From assembly GCA_964581775.1 (NCBI GenBank), contig CAZOQA010000002.1, positions 85,125 through 149,124 of the forward strand: a stretch of DNA of 64,000 nt. The letters are read 5' to 3'. Below, piece by piece: positions 62,864 through 64,000 of this stretch. This DNA comes from an uncultured Thermoplasmatales archaeon. GTDB taxonomy: Archaea; Thermoplasmatota; SW-10-69-26. The notes under the pieces were generated by a model. The model made no database searches. It had not been told where the DNA came from and saw nothing but the letters and a program-made list of their open reading frames with translations. The stretch's first letter is position 1. Each line of letters begins with the position of its first letter. The translations under genes and the position numbers were made by a program.

Positions 62864-64000
62864 CTAGGGCGTGTTGGGCAGGTCGATCTGCGCGCCGAGC
62901 ATGCCCTTGGGGGCCACCGTGTTGTCCTGGCCGGTGCCGCCCGCCTCGTCCTCGTACGAGTCCGAGCCGGAGCCGTCCAAGAGCACGCCGACCGTGCTCG
63001 GGGCGCACGCGAACACGAGCGTGACAGCGCACTCGTCCCCGCTGGCGCCGCCGTTGACGCCGCGATCGCCCGGGCTGACGTACGTGTCGTCGCCCTGGAT
63101 GTCGTACAGGGTCCCGTACCCGGCTCCGTAGACGCCGCCGTTCGTCCCGACGTCCCTTCCGGACTCGTAGTGGTTGTCGCCCCCACTGTTGACGAGCAGG
63201 GCGTGCCCGTCGGAGGCATCGTGGGCGCCGCCGTTGACGCCGCTTGCGCGGTTCGTCTCGAACGTGTCGTCCCCGGGTCCGGAGACGAGCAGGCCCGCGC
63301 CGGAGCCGCCGCGGACGGCCCCGTTGACGGCTTGGTGGTTCCCGGTGTACGTGCTGCCACCGTCTTGGTCAACCACGAACGCTGCGCCCACGCTGTCGCC
63401 GCCTGTGTGGGCGGATCCCGTCGCGCCGACGGTGCCGCCGTACGTGTTGCTGCCGCCGCCGTTCACGATGAACGCGTGGGCCACGCTCGTGCTGCGGGTG
63501 TACACGCCGCCCGTGGAGCCGAAGCTGGGCGAGCTCGAGCCGGTGCGATGGATCGCGTCGTCGCCGCCCGTGCTGATCAGGCCTCCGTGCGCGTTCCCGA
63601 AGCCCCACTCGACGGCGCCGCCGTTGGTGCCGATGCTGAACCCGTCGACCTCGTCGGCCCCGCCGCCGAGCACGAGCAGGCCGACGCCGATGCCGATGTC
63701 CTCGAAGTACCCGTTCGCGGCGCCGCCGTTGCCTCCGAGGCTCCCGCCGTAGAGGTAGTTCTGGCCGTCTCCGTCCACGGCGAGCCCGATGCCGACGCCT
63801 CCGCCGCCGCCGTACCCGCCGCCGTTGGCGCCCACGCTCCCGTGGTAGGTGTTGTCGCCGCCGGCGGTGACGAGCAGGCCGACGCCGACGCTTCCGTGGG
63901 CGAGGGCCCCGACGCCGCCGCCGTTGGCGCCGCAGTAGTAGTAATCGTCGGGGTCGCTGAACTCCTTGTCTTGGGTGCCCAGGTCGATCAGGGCGGCCGT
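62864..64000 (-). CDS. Gly-rich beta-solenoid-like repeat protein (5'-partial; continues beyond window)
   Basis: The frame stays open to nt 64000. Many degenerate ~20-25-aa units of the form 'xNGGxxxGxGxLLVxxGGDxxY'. Likely secreted or surface-located. Confidence 0.6.
   Translation of the reverse strand, partial: TAALIDLGTQDKEFSDPDDYYYCGANGGGVGALAHGSVGVGLLVTAGGDNTYHGSVGANGGGYGGGGGVGIGLAVDGDGQNYLYGGSLGGNGGAANGYFEDIGIGVGLLVLGGGADEVDGFSIGTNGGAVEWGFGNAHGGLISTGGDDAIHRTGSSSPSFGSTGGVYTRSTSVAHAFIVNGGGSNTYGGTVGATGSAHTGGDSVGAAFVVDQDGGSTYTGNHQAVNGAVRGGSGAGLLVSGPGDDTFETNRASGVNGGAHDASDGHALLVNSGGDNHYESGRDVGTNGGVYGAGYGTLYDIQGDDTYVSPGDRGVNGGASGDECAVTLVFACAPSTVGVLLDGSGSDSYEDEAGGTGQDNTVAPKGMLGAQIDLPNTP

Overview
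This is a GC-rich (about two-thirds G+C by eye), very tightly packed chromosomal segment from an archaeon. The archaeal assignment rests on aRF1 (NIKS/GGQ motifs), RadA, the Hef helicase, an A24 prepilin peptidase, UPF0147/amphi-Trp/DUF1931-like small proteins and a generally acidic proteome. I call about 64 protein genes. I found no rRNA, tRNA, CRISPR array, transposase or integrase.

Recognisable housekeeping genes: RNA m5C methyltransferase, aldo/keto reductase, acyl-CoA synthetase, SDR, mannosyl-3-phosphoglycerate synthase plus a HAD phosphatase, asparagine synthase, PfkB kinase, aRF1, Hef, RadA (with a P-loop intein), class II ribonucleotide reductase plus NrdR, a ThiI-like PP-loop protein, PiT phosphate transporter, IMPase-family phosphatase plus NAD kinase, and glutamate dehydrogenase.

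Accessory or unusual content:
- An orphan SPPY DNA methyltransferase next to a DEDDh exonuclease.
- A five-gene bacterial-type AddB/AddA-like helicase-nuclease cluster with an MmcB-like nuclease. This is my best candidate for an undescribed archaeal DNA-end processing or defence module.
- A six-gene translationally coupled MoxR-DUF58-DUF4129 operon.
- A His-rich secreted protein beside a copper-radical (glyoxal/galactose oxidase-like) oxidase.
- A TraB-like/ParB-nuclease-like/OB-fold operon directly upstream of radA.
- A DtxR-ZIP-multicopper oxidase metal island.
- A block of secreted acidic and Gly-rich beta-solenoid-like proteins.
- Two long gene-free spacers (3507-4244 and 9784-10306) that look like structured RNA or element remnants. 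I could not assign either to a known RNA family.

All functional calls come from motif recognition by eye and from memory of protein families. No searches were run. Many long alternative-frame ORFs in the track are composition artefacts and were ignored.
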